A DNA stretch of 20,828 nt from a virus (lineage: Duplodnaviria; Heunggongvirae; Uroviricota; Caudoviricetes): the IMG/VR virus record IMGVR_UViG_2531839668_000013, positions 1 to 20,828 of that record; one strand, written 5' to 3'. This document shows, one piece after another, positions 1-8,361 of the stretch; positions within the stretch are counted from its first letter, which is position 1; each line of letters opens with the position of its first letter. The notes under the pieces were generated by a model, which was not told where the DNA came from, did not search any database, and saw only the letters and a list, made by a program, of their open reading frames with translations. The translations under genes were made by a program, and so were the position numbers.

Positions 1-219
1 TCACATCCACATAATTTGCTGTCCTGACGGCAACGGGTGCGGCCTTACGGCATGGACTTCTCCCGGCTTCACGATGTATCGCTGTACCGACTCATAAGTG
101 ATGAACGTGGCGCTGCAATTCACGTTCTGGCACTGATGATAACGCTCTTTTGTCGTGTCAGTGATATAGCGACTTGTACGCGCATGTGCGGCATGCTGGC
201 ATAAAGGACAATGAAACAT
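1..219 (-). CDS. ogr: Ogr late-gene transcriptional activator (C4 zinc finger), 72 aa
   Basis: Translation from internal Met: MFHCPLCQHAAHARTSRYITDTTKERYHQCQNVNCSATF... matches P2 Ogr family; Cys-x2-Cys...Cys-x4-Cys; start trimmed from the 97-aa ORF (ATG at 217-219). Confidence 0.9.
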   Translation of the reverse strand: MFHCPLCQHAAHARTSRYITDTTKERYHQCQNVNCSATFITYESVQRYIVKPGEVHAVRPHPLPSGQQIMWM

Positions 220-300
220 CGCGAGCACCTCTTCCGGTTTTGTTGATAGTGCCATTTTAGTTAATTTATCTTTATAAAACAAACAGATAAACAAAAGACA

Positions 301-1464
301 TCACTCATAATCTTCTGTTTCGTACTCCACATCAGAAAGCCTGACCTCAAGCTCCAAGGACGTCGTGAAGCCGCTATTATTCAGAAAATGTGTCACCTTA
401 GTGATTGTCCAGTCCTGCTCGTCTATGACGCGCTTAAAGCCTGACACTCTGACCGGTGTTTCCGTGTAAATATCTGCACGACCAGTAGCCAGGATGATGG
501 AGAACTCCGCAACGCCCCGTTGCAGTTTGTCCCACTTCGCCTGAGCAGCACGCATGGCCTGTGCTTTCGTGGCATATACCGTGGTCAGGGCAAAAACGTT
601 GTCAGCCTCACCGGCCATGTATTCACCTTCGCGCGCTTCCGGTACTTTTGGCGCTTTCTTCTGCCTGACCGGTTTCGCTTTCGGGTGCTCCAGTGCGCGC
701 AGGTGTTTCTCTTTCTTTTTGCGTTTCAGTTTTACCTTCTGCTTTTGTGGCTTCGGGTCTTTGGTGTGAAGCCACTTTGCCGTTACGCCGGTATAGGCTC
801 CACGGTCAGCAATCGCAAAATGATGACGGTCACCGTCGCTGCGGGTGATGGTGACCTGCGGGATTTTTTTACCGCTGGCCGTCACCCCCTGCCCCGCTTT
901 GAGAAACAACAGTTTTCCCATTTTTACCGAGACCTCACCGCCGTTGCGTTCTGCAAGACGGGTCAGGAATTTCGCATCAGACTCCTGCGACTGGTCGATG
1001 TGCGGGATTTTAATTCCTGCCAGTGACGGCGCGACACTGGCTTCCAGCCTGTTACGGGAGGCTATCGCCTCAACAATCGCACCGAGCGTGGTGTCATGCC
1101 AGGAGCCTTCCCGGCGGGAATTGAGCGTCCCGCGAAAATCTGCACTCCGGGCGCGGATGGTAACCACATCCGGCGCGCCCCGGTGTTCAACCTCATCAAC
1201 GGTAAATTTCCCTTTGCATACCAGGGCAAAACCTTTCCAGCCGATATACACCGTCAGGACAGCGCCACGAACCGGCAGCCCGACCTGCCCGTCAGCATCG
1301 TTCAGTTCAATATCAAGCTGGTCAGCCTCAAAGCCCCTGTTATCCGTCAGGGTCATACTCATCAGACGGTCGCTGATATTGCCGGTAATATCCCTGCTGT
1401 CGAGCATCAGCATGTAATCCGGCGTCAGCGTACTGCCTGCATCAAATGTCAGCGCATCCAGCAT
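301..1464 (-). CDS. D: Tail protein D (late control gene D), 387 aa
   Basis: Full-length ORF of P2 gpD size, lysine-rich central linker, position between U and ogr; start overlaps U stop (ATGA). Confidence 0.85.
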   Translation of the reverse strand: MLDALTFDAGSTLTPDYMLMLDSRDITGNISDRLMSMTLTDNRGFEADQLDIELNDADGQVGLPVRGAVLTVYIGWKGFALVCKGKFTVDEVEHRGAPDVVTIRARSADFRGTLNSRREGSWHDTTLGAIVEAIASRNRLEASVAPSLAGIKIPHIDQSQESDAKFLTRLAERNGGEVSVKMGKLLFLKAGQGVTASGKKIPQVTITRSDGDRHHFAIADRGAYTGVTAKWLHTKDPKPQKQKVKLKRKKKEKHLRALEHPKAKPVRQKKAPKVPEAREGEYMAGEADNVFALTTVYATKAQAMRAAQAKWDKLQRGVAEFSIILATGRADIYTETPVRVSGFKRVIDEQDWTITKVTHFLNNSGFTTSLELEVRLSDVEYETEDYE

Positions 1465-1943
1465 TATCCCGCCCCCGTCATACCCGTGAATTTAGTCGCC
1501 AGACTGCCAGCCTTACCGATGAGCGATTCCGCCTGTTTACCGATATCGCCATAAAGCGCGGCCAGTGATTCATCAACGCGGGTGAGCGACAGCGTAAAAT
1601 CAATTTTTCGGGGTGTGCCGTCTGCAAAGAAAATACTCCCTGTTTCACTCACCCTGCTGATGACATACATGCCGTAAATCATGCCGGTGCCATCCAGCAA
1701 CGGCCACGCCCGACCTTCCTCTGCCATCAGCCTGAGCGTAGTCATCGTCAGCTTTCCGCCGGTCAGCTCGGGATAAAGCACACCGGCAAGCGTGATGTTT
1801 TCCTCGCCAACACCGAGAAACTGAAAGGCATCCCGTTTACCGATACGGGAATTTGACGGCCAGCGATAATCTGATTCACGCTGCATGGTCTGGTGTGGCA
1901 GCGTCTGGCGCATAAAAACAAACATACCTAACGCTAGCATCAT
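1464..1943 (-). CDS. U: Tail protein U, 159 aa
   Basis: Size and position (between T and D) as in P2; recalled similarity to gpU. Confidence 0.85.
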   Translation of the reverse strand: MMLALGMFVFMRQTLPHQTMQRESDYRWPSNSRIGKRDAFQFLGVGEENITLAGVLYPELTGGKLTMTTLRLMAEEGRAWPLLDGTGMIYGMYVISRVSETGSIFFADGTPRKIDFTLSLTRVDESLAALYGDIGKQAESLIGKAGSLATKFTGMTGAG

Positions 1944-1957
1944 TTTTCGTCACCTCC

Positions 1958-4396
1958 TTAACCGTCATGCATCATGCTGGCACGGGCGCGCGCACGTTTA
2001 TCCCGCTCGTATTTTTCGAGCGCATCCTGTAACTGGCGGTCAAGCTGTGTCCCCGGCGCAGTACTCCCCGTCAGGTTGATGTGATATTCGTTTTTACTCT
2101 GGTCTACATAAGAGCGGCCAGCCGGTGCCGTGACCGGCTGATAGCCTGCATAAGAGCTGGTCGCCGGAATATAACCACCGCTGCCATACGTGGCGGCTTG
2201 AGTTCTGGCGGCGGTCTGGTCAAGTGTGTCTGACTCTTTGTTGATAACACCGAGTTTTTCCAGTACCCAGTCAATACCGCTGCGCAGTTTGTTGAACGCA
2301 TTAAGCGGCAGCATCAGCGCGTCAGCCAGTGCCTGCCCGAACATGACCCCCGTGTCACGGCAACTGTTCAGGGTGTCCTGAGTGGCTTTGACCGGGGCAA
2401 TCAGGTTTTTAAACCACTGCCACGCGGCCTGTAACTTTTCACCCAGCCAGTCAAACACCGGCTTAAGTGGCGTGAACAGTTCCCCCACCGGCGCAAATGC
2501 CACTTTCAGCCCTTCCACCACACCGCCAAAGAATGCGCTGACAGGCTCCCAGTATTTACGGATAAGCAACGCCCCGGCGACAATTGCGGCCACCACGGCC
2601 ACAACAGGCCAGCTAATAGCCCCGATGGCGGTCATAACAGCACTGCCAACCGTCGTGAAGACTGCCCCCATTGCGCCTGCTGCCGCGATGATGACATTGA
2701 TGCCGGTGATAACCGGCCAGGCTACGAGGCCAATGGCACCGATGATGCCAGTCAGCGCCAGCGCGCCACCGGCAATGATGCCGATGGTTGACGCCAGTGA
2801 TTTGTTTTTCTGGATCCAGCCGTCGAGTTTTAACACATACTTTGTGGCCGTCTGCGTGAGCTTACGCAGCGCGCCTTCCTGCTGGTCAAACAGGTCAGTC
2901 CCCACTGCCTCATAAGCGGACTGAAACTCTTTAAAGTCACCGCCTAGGTTGTCCTGCATGATATTTACCAGCTCGGCGGTCTTCCCGTCTGAGGCTTTAA
3001 ACGCAGCGGTCAGTTTGTCCAGCTTTCCGGTTGAGGCGGCAGTCATCAGCACGGCGGCGGCTGAGCTGGCCTCCTCCCCGAAAATAGTTTTCATGTATTC
3101 AGCCTGCTGGGCAGTACCGAGCCGGTTTTTCTCAAAACTGGCCTGCATTTCTTTCAGAATGGTAAATATTGGCCGGGTGTTTCCCTTGCTGTCTGAGGTT
3201 TTCACTCCAAGCTCTTTGAGTGCATCCCATGCTTTTCCCGTCGGTGCCTGCAGGCGGCTTAACACGGCACGGCTTCCCGTCCCCGCCATTGAGCCTGTGA
3301 TTTTTGCATCATGCAGCGCCCCGACCATTGCGGCGGTTTCTTCAATGCTGACACCGGCATTTTTTGCCACAGGTGCGGCATAGATCAGCGCATCGCTCAT
3401 GCCGTCAAAATCGGCGGCGGTTTTGTTCATCGTCATGGAGAGAACATCCCCGATATGAGCGACCTTATCGTTTGAAAGCTGAAAGGCGGATTTCATCCCC
3501 ATCAGCAGGGCGGCGTTTTCTTCCATCGTGCGGCGGTTCGCCAGCGCCATGTTCAGCGTGACCGGCGTTGCCGCCTGAATGGCATCAACATCCCCACCGG
3601 CTTTCGCAATAATAATCTGCGCACCGGCCGCATCATCCGCCGAGGCTGCGGTATTGTCGCCGAGCTGGCGCGCCTGCTTGCGGAGTGCGGTCATTTCGGC
3701 GGAGTCTTTTGCCACTCCTAGCACGGCCTGCAATTCTGAGTTTTTCTGCGCAAACTCATAACCGGGCATCAGCAGCTTAACTCCGGCCATCGTTCCCGCC
3801 GCCGCAATCCCCACACCGGCAGCGCCCACTGAGGCCATATTTCCGGCCAGTTCCTTTCCGGCCTGATAACGCTGTTTTACTGCGTTAAGTTTTGCCTGTT
3901 GCGCACTGACACGCGCCAGTGCGTCGCGCTGACGATTAAGCTGTGCGGTGGTTTCACTGATACGGTTTTTCAGCCCCTGCTCATCATGTGCAAGATTGCG
4001 GGTATTAATTCCCACAGCGGCCAGTTCCCGCTGCTGGCGTTTAACGGAATCCGTCAGGCGGTTATATTTCGCCTGTAAGTCCTCCGCCGCTCGCTTTGCT
4101 GATTCCAGCACTTTCGCCTGAGCACGGGTCGGACGTTCGGTGTTTTTAAACTGTGTGGCAAGGGCTTCGGCCTCCTGCCGTGCCTTTTCAAGTGCATGAC
4201 CAGTCACGGCGAGCTGTGCACTGGTCTTGCGGAATCCCTCAATACGGGATGCGTGACCGTTCAGCTCGCGCAGTGATTTTTGTGTTTCCCGGATATCCCC
4301 CGACAGCGACTTACTCGCTGTGCGGATGGATTTAAACGGGCGGGATGCCTGGTCAACAGCCCTGAGCAATACCTGTAATTTTACATTGTTACTCAT
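1958..4396 (-). CDS. T: Tail tape measure protein T, 812 aa
   Basis: Long Ala/Gly-rich ORF with coiled-coil N-terminal region and hydrophobic glycine-zipper central segment; P2 gpT position and size. Confidence 0.9.
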   Translation of the reverse strand: MSNNVKLQVLLRAVDQASRPFKSIRTASKSLSGDIRETQKSLRELNGHASRIEGFRKTSAQLAVTGHALEKARQEAEALATQFKNTERPTRAQAKVLESAKRAAEDLQAKYNRLTDSVKRQQRELAAVGINTRNLAHDEQGLKNRISETTAQLNRQRDALARVSAQQAKLNAVKQRYQAGKELAGNMASVGAAGVGIAAAGTMAGVKLLMPGYEFAQKNSELQAVLGVAKDSAEMTALRKQARQLGDNTAASADDAAGAQIIIAKAGGDVDAIQAATPVTLNMALANRRTMEENAALLMGMKSAFQLSNDKVAHIGDVLSMTMNKTAADFDGMSDALIYAAPVAKNAGVSIEETAAMVGALHDAKITGSMAGTGSRAVLSRLQAPTGKAWDALKELGVKTSDSKGNTRPIFTILKEMQASFEKNRLGTAQQAEYMKTIFGEEASSAAAVLMTAASTGKLDKLTAAFKASDGKTAELVNIMQDNLGGDFKEFQSAYEAVGTDLFDQQEGALRKLTQTATKYVLKLDGWIQKNKSLASTIGIIAGGALALTGIIGAIGLVAWPVITGINVIIAAAGAMGAVFTTVGSAVMTAIGAISWPVVAVVAAIVAGALLIRKYWEPVSAFFGGVVEGLKVAFAPVGELFTPLKPVFDWLGEKLQAAWQWFKNLIAPVKATQDTLNSCRDTGVMFGQALADALMLPLNAFNKLRSGIDWVLEKLGVINKESDTLDQTAARTQAATYGSGGYIPATSSYAGYQPVTAPAGRSYVDQSKNEYHINLTGSTAPGTQLDRQLQDALEKYERDKRARARASMMHDG

Positions 4397-4741
4397 TCGT
4401 GTTTCCGCTTCGCCGGAGCGCCTTTTCGCGCCATGTGATGAGTTCGGTCAGGCTCATGGGATACAGTTCTGATGGCGGCCAGTGAAATATCACTGCCACA
4501 TCCGCCATCAGGTCATCGACCGAGAGATTTTTTGGAAACGTCACTGCACCGAGTTCGGCGACAAAAAACCGACCACCTTACCGGCCAGCGCCACAAGGTC
4601 AGGCAGTTCCAGCGCGGCGACTTCCTGCTCGGTCAGCATCGGTGCCGTCATGCGCGGCAGCACCTTAATCAGTGCATCGACTTCGGAGTTTGCAACCGCA
4701 GCCAGACTGACACCGCGTAGCGTCCCGGCATTGGGTTTCAT
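4389..4741 (-). CDS. E+E': E+E' tail assembly chaperone, produced by programmed -1 ribosomal frameshift at 4562-4568
   Basis: Hand translation of the -1 frame after the slip site gives an open extension (...VAELGAVTFPKNLSVDDLMADVAVIFHWPPSELYPMSLTELITWREKAARRSGNTNE*) ending at TAA 4389-4391, overlapping the T start, as in P2. Confidence 0.7.
4541..4741 (-). CDS. E: Tail assembly chaperone E (zero-frame product; probably N-terminally truncated by an upstream deletion junction)
   Basis: 66-aa ORF ending ...GFLSPNSVQ; slippery heptamer at its 3' end; open frame extends 22 codons upstream without an ATG. Confidence 0.7.
   Translation of the reverse strand: MKPNAGTLRGVSLAAVANSEVDALIKVLPRMTAPMLTEQEVAALELPDLVALAGKVVGFLSPNSVQ
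4562..4568 (-). other. Slippery heptamer T-TTT-TTG for the E/E' -1 frameshift
   Basis: Minus strand reads GGTTTTTTGTCG across codons G-F-L of E (plus strand caaaaaa). Confidence 0.75.
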
Positions 4742-5313
4742 CAGCGTGACCTGTTCGATAACCTGCTCACCACGTTTGACCGGATTTTGCCGCCGCTGTC
4801 GCCGGGGTGTTTATGGGTATGCAGTACTTTACCGTTTGATGAAAGTTCACCGCCGGTGTGTTCAATGTTGCCGCGCATCGTCCCGCCCTTCTGCACTTCC
4901 AGCGTGCCGGTAATCAGCCTGTTGGTGCAGACCACCTCCGGTGTGTCCAGGGTGACGCGGGTTGATGCTTTCACCATGACCACCGGCACCGTGGCAGTAA
5001 CAGAATCAGAAGCCGTCACGCTGGCCGTTTTAATTCCGCTTACCGTGAGTGCACTGGTTTCAGGTTCATACTCAATCACCGCCCCGTCAGGGAAACGGAT
5101 ATGCAGGGCATCCGCCGACGCCGACGGCGCGGGGTTATCGGCACTTAAATCGCCGTTCGTCTGCGGGTCACTGCCCGGCATCGGGCAAAGACTCACTTTC
5201 GGGCAGGCGTTGTGGACAATCACTGGCGTCGGTGCAGGCGGGGCGCTGGTGCAACCGGCGCACAGCATCAGGCAGGTCAGCGCCATACCAGCGGCGGAAA
5301 TCTTCGTTTTCAT
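4741..5313 (-). CDS. lysC: In-frame fusion ORF: Rz1-like o-spanin lipoprotein LysC N-terminus joined to a C-terminal fragment of baseplate spike V
   Basis: From internal Met: MKTKISAAGMALTCLMLCAGC (signal peptide plus lipobox) and Pro-rich segment, then ...SADALHIRFPDGAVIEYEPETSALTVSG...VLHTHKHPGDSGG (gpV-like with HxH apex motif); starts inside lysB in another frame; stop overlaps E ATG. Confidence 0.65.
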   Translation of the reverse strand: MKTKISAAGMALTCLMLCAGCTSAPPAPTPVIVHNACPKVSLCPMPGSDPQTNGDLSADNPAPSASADALHIRFPDGAVIEYEPETSALTVSGIKTASVTASDSVTATVPVVMVKASTRVTLDTPEVVCTNRLITGTLEVQKGGTMRGNIEHTGGELSSNGKVLHTHKHPGDSGGKIRSNVVSRLSNRSR

Positions 5314-5593
5314 TGAGTAATCTCGTGATGGTTTTCTCGCGCTGAGCTTCACGCTTCGCGGCGTTTTCCAGTTCCTGACGCAGTGCCACCTGCGCCAGCT
5401 CGTTTTTGTCTGCCCTGGTGAGCGCAACATGAAGCTGATTTTTCAGCATGGTGATGGTCGCCTGTTGCTCGCTGGCTACGTTGTTTGCCCTGTCCAGTGA
5501 GGTGCGCAGGCTGGCGTTTTTATGCTTCGCCAGAAACAGACCCGCCACCGCCAGCGATAACAACACGACCAGCACAATCATCAGCCTTGACAT
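5168..5593 (-). CDS. lysB: LysB, Rz-like i-spanin, 141 aa
   Basis: N-terminal transmembrane segment plus coiled-coil periplasmic domain; contains the lysC start in an alternate frame; P2 position. Confidence 0.85.
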   Translation of the reverse strand: MSRLMIVLVVLLSLAVAGLFLAKHKNASLRTSLDRANNVASEQQATITMLKNQLHVALTRADKNELAQVALRQELENAAKREAQREKTITRLLNENEDFRRWYGADLPDAVRRLHQRPACTDASDCPQRLPESESLPDAGQ

Positions 5594-6006
5594 GGTTCCC
5601 GCCCCTCAAAACGCTGACGGCAGGCCGTACGTATCAGCCGGAAGAACACCGATGCCACGAGATAAATCAGCGCGGTAAAAATCCACCCGGCAGCGACCAG
5701 CGAGATAAATGTCGCCACCATCACCACCAGAGCTACTGCCCGTCTGCGCCACGGCACCGGCTGCAAAAACAGCGACGTGACAATCTTCACGGCCAGCGAT
5801 TCCGGCGGCAGCTCCCGTCCGTAGCGTTCCAGTACATACTCAGTGGCATACACACCGACACCACCGGCAACCACACAGATAACCGTCGCCAGAATCGCCC
5901 AGGTGGCGACAAAACTGACGGCCACGCTCTGCGGGTAAATCAGGGACAGTGCCAGCATCAGCGCCAGCGACACATTCAGCATCAGTGAAAGGGATAATTT
6001 CTTCAT
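5581..6006 (-). CDS. lysA: LysA lysis-timing membrane protein, 141 aa
   Basis: Multi-pass hydrophobic protein immediately downstream of the endolysin, as in P2. Confidence 0.8.
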   Translation of the reverse strand: MKKLSLSLMLNVSLALMLALSLIYPQSVAVSFVATWAILATVICVVAGGVGVYATEYVLERYGRELPPESLAVKIVTSLFLQPVPWRRRAVALVVMVATFISLVAAGWIFTALIYLVASVFFRLIRTACRQRFEGREPCQG

Positions 6007-6020
6007 GGTGTTTACTCCGT

Positions 6021-6518
6021 TTAAGCCGGTACGCCGCCAGCGGTACGCCAGACGGTGACCAGTTTTTCCAGTGAATGCTCACGCTGACCGTAACCGGCAC
6101 CCGGCAGGGACGCCCAGATATTGCGACAGCGTGAAATGGCGCGCTCAATGCGTCCCGCCCGGATGTCATCCAGTGCACCGCGTTCGCGGATCAACTGAAT
6201 GGCGAGCCTGTCCTGTGACAACGGACTGAAATCCGGCAGGGCAAGCTGTTTGCGGTAGTGCGGCCAGAACAGGTAAAGCTGCTGATAGCGACCGGAGGCC
6301 GTGGATTTTTCACCGCGACGGTTAAACACCTTCGCCGGTCGGCCATGCGCAAACGGGTGGTCACTGTAGTCAGTGAAAATTTCCGGCTTCCCGTCCAGTC
6401 CGGTGACTATCACGTCATAGCCCCGGTTTTTCGTCAGCGGATGATTCGCCGTCCCTTCGGACACGGCCAGCATGTCGAGAAAGGCCGCGATATTCTGATG
6501 CGTGTTAATTACCGGCAT
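6021..6518 (-). CDS. K: Endolysin K (lysozyme-like), 165 aa
   Basis: Size, position between holin Y and lysA, recalled similarity to P2 gpK. Confidence 0.85.
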   Translation of the reverse strand: MPVINTHQNIAAFLDMLAVSEGTANHPLTKNRGYDVIVTGLDGKPEIFTDYSDHPFAHGRPAKVFNRRGEKSTASGRYQQLYLFWPHYRKQLALPDFSPLSQDRLAIQLIRERGALDDIRAGRIERAISRCRNIWASLPGAGYGQREHSLEKLVTVWRTAGGVPA

Positions 6519-6799
6519 TACTGTTTCCCCCTGCCCTTAAAACGGCGCTGAATGGCAATCTCAATCACCTGATAACCGGCGATACCCAGCATGGAGCCGA
6601 TACCGCACACCGCAGGCAGTGACAGGTCAGGAAACTGCACCAGAACAACACCGGCAACCATCGAGACAAAACCACCGAGCAACATGCGCCCGATAAACAG
6701 ACGCGGGGTGATGGGTTCACCACCGGCAAGCACCTTGCCGACAACAATCAGCACCCCAATCATGAAAAGCGACAGGACGCTTTTTTCTTCTGCTGTCAT
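6518..6799 (-). CDS. Y: Holin Y, 93 aa
   Basis: Small protein with hydrophobic transmembrane segments and basic C-terminus; stop overlaps K start. Confidence 0.85.
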   Translation of the reverse strand: MTAEEKSVLSLFMIGVLIVVGKVLAGGEPITPRLFIGRMLLGGFVSMVAGVVLVQFPDLSLPAVCGIGSMLGIAGYQVIEIAIQRRFKGRGKQ

Positions 6800-6802
6800 G
6801 CG

Positions 6803-7006
6803 TTACTCCCACAGATTGACAGTTTCAGCCACGGGCGCGGTCTGAACGTCGGGCAGTTCGACGGCGGTGCCGTGTGGCAGCACCGCACCCAGTTCAGCCA
6901 GTCCCGGATTTGCGGCGAGCACGGTCTCAACCACGCCCTCAGTGCGCCCGTAATACCGGACACAGATGGCGTCGAGCGTGTCGCCCTGTAGCGCAAAGGT
7001 CTTCAT
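6803..7006 (-). CDS. X: Tail protein X (LysM-like), 67 aa
   Basis: MKTFALQGDTLDAICVRYYGRTEGVV... P2 gpX-like; start trimmed to internal ATG 7004-7006, which overlaps the L stop. Confidence 0.8.
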   Translation of the reverse strand: MKTFALQGDTLDAICVRYYGRTEGVVETVLAANPGLAELGAVLPHGTAVELPDVQTAPVAETVNLWE

Positions 7007-7515
7007 CAGATTTGACTCACGATGCAGCGCGGCTTGTCCTGGATGCGCGCCACTGCCCAGCGCATATCCCGCCACAGCTCATCAATGGTGCTGTCAATGC
7101 TGTCGGCCTTCTTGTCGCCTTTCGCACTGGCATCCACGCCGCGATAACGCTCATAAAGCGATGCGGTTGCCATCGCACACACGGCGCGCTCGTAGTAAAA
7201 AACTTTGATGCTTTCACCGTCGATGTCGTCCGCCGGGACGTCCGCCAGACGCGTAAAACCGGCAGCAATTTTCTGTTCGCGGTACTCGTACAGCTCCGCA
7301 TTCGTCTCCGCCATGCCTGACTTGATGGCCTCACGCAGACGGGCGGGGGCGACGGTCTGCTCAAGGCGCATACGTTCCCGGACGCGCTTCGGGTCGATAT
7401 CGGGAAAAAAGAACGTGTTTTTAATCACCGGCTCGTCGCCTGCCGGTTGCGGGATGACCACCGTACCCTCACCGGACACGGGAGCCTCCTTTCGCGGAAT
7501 AATCAGCGTCATCAT
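7006..7515 (-). CDS. L: Head completion/stabilisation protein L, 169 aa
   Basis: MMTLIIPRKEAPVSGEG... P2 gpL-like; start trimmed from the 189-aa ORF. Confidence 0.8.
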   Translation of the reverse strand: MMTLIIPRKEAPVSGEGTVVIPQPAGDEPVIKNTFFFPDIDPKRVRERMRLEQTVAPARLREAIKSGMAETNAELYEYREQKIAAGFTRLADVPADDIDGESIKVFYYERAVCAMATASLYERYRGVDASAKGDKKADSIDSTIDELWRDMRWAVARIQDKPRCIVSQI

Positions 7516-7614
7516 GACTACCTCTGAAAAGTCGGGCGGTGGACGCCGGTGCAGTGTCAGGTGATTCACCCTCACTGACCGGCGTGCCGCCCTGGCGCGG
7601 GGCGCATTCGGTTG

Positions 7615-8358
7615 TTAACTGGCTTTCTTTTTCGGGCGTCCACGTTTTGCCGGTGTCACGCTCCGGGTCTTACGCGGGGCGCGGGTGGCCGCTTTGGGTT
7701 GCGGCTCCGGCTTCGGTTTCAGCTCCCGCTCCAGTCGTTCAATCTCTTTTTTGACGCCTGCCTGACAGTCGAGCTGTGTCGCACGTTGCAGGTGAGCCAG
7801 CGCACCGGCGGCATCACCACCGTCACGCAGAAACAGACCGGTGATTTTGTGCAGCTTTGCGCGCACTTCATCAGGCATGTCAGCAGCGGCAGTCAGTTCA
7901 AGGGTCTCCGTCAGCAGGCGGGTATCCACAGACTCACCGGCCGCGTGGGCGCGCATGGCCGCAAGCGCCACCTCCTCGGTGAACATGTACGGCGGGGTGC
8001 GGCGGTGTTTACCCGGCATGGTCAGACCGTATTTCAGGGCATAACGGGCAATCTCCAGCGCACCGGCAATATCGCCGGTATCCAGACGCCACAGCATGAC
8101 CGTCATCAGAATGTCATCCTGTGCGCCTTTGCCCTGCTCCAGCACGCCGTTCACCCACGGCAACCAGAACGGCAGCAGTTCGCGCTTTTTCGCGGCCTTC
8201 AGCTCTTTTGAATAAATCGCTTTCAGTGTGCGCTGGTCTGCGGCGAGCTTAACCAGCATCTGCTCATAGACAGTTGCATGTCGCAGCGGGGCGGCTTCCC
8301 GCTGCGCGGTCATCGCTGCCGAGACCCGCATCATGTGGCGCTGTGCGGGACTCGTCAT
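7615..8358 (-). CDS. M: Terminase endonuclease (small) subunit M, 247 aa
   Basis: P2 gpM size and position; basic C-terminal tail. Confidence 0.85.
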   Translation of the reverse strand: MTSPAQRHMMRVSAAMTAQREAAPLRHATVYEQMLVKLAADQRTLKAIYSKELKAAKKRELLPFWLPWVNGVLEQGKGAQDDILMTVMLWRLDTGDIAGALEIARYALKYGLTMPGKHRRTPPYMFTEEVALAAMRAHAAGESVDTRLLTETLELTAAADMPDEVRAKLHKITGLFLRDGGDAAGALAHLQRATQLDCQAGVKKEIERLERELKPKPEPQPKAATRAPRKTRSVTPAKRGRPKKKAS

Positions 8359-8361
8359 CGG

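Noticed and set aside
2382-3761. Plus-strand ORFs (177, 144, 65, 60 aa) inside the T gene region
   Set aside because: Antisense shadow ORFs within a GC-rich, well-supported tape-measure coding sequence; Ala/Ser/Pro-rich low-complexity translations.
5314-5430. N-terminal 39 codons of the 229-aa ORF (MLRSPGQTKTSWRRWHCV...)
   Set aside because: This stretch is an out-of-frame read of lysB; the Rz1-like signal peptide begins at the internal Met (5311-5313), which is the likely real start.
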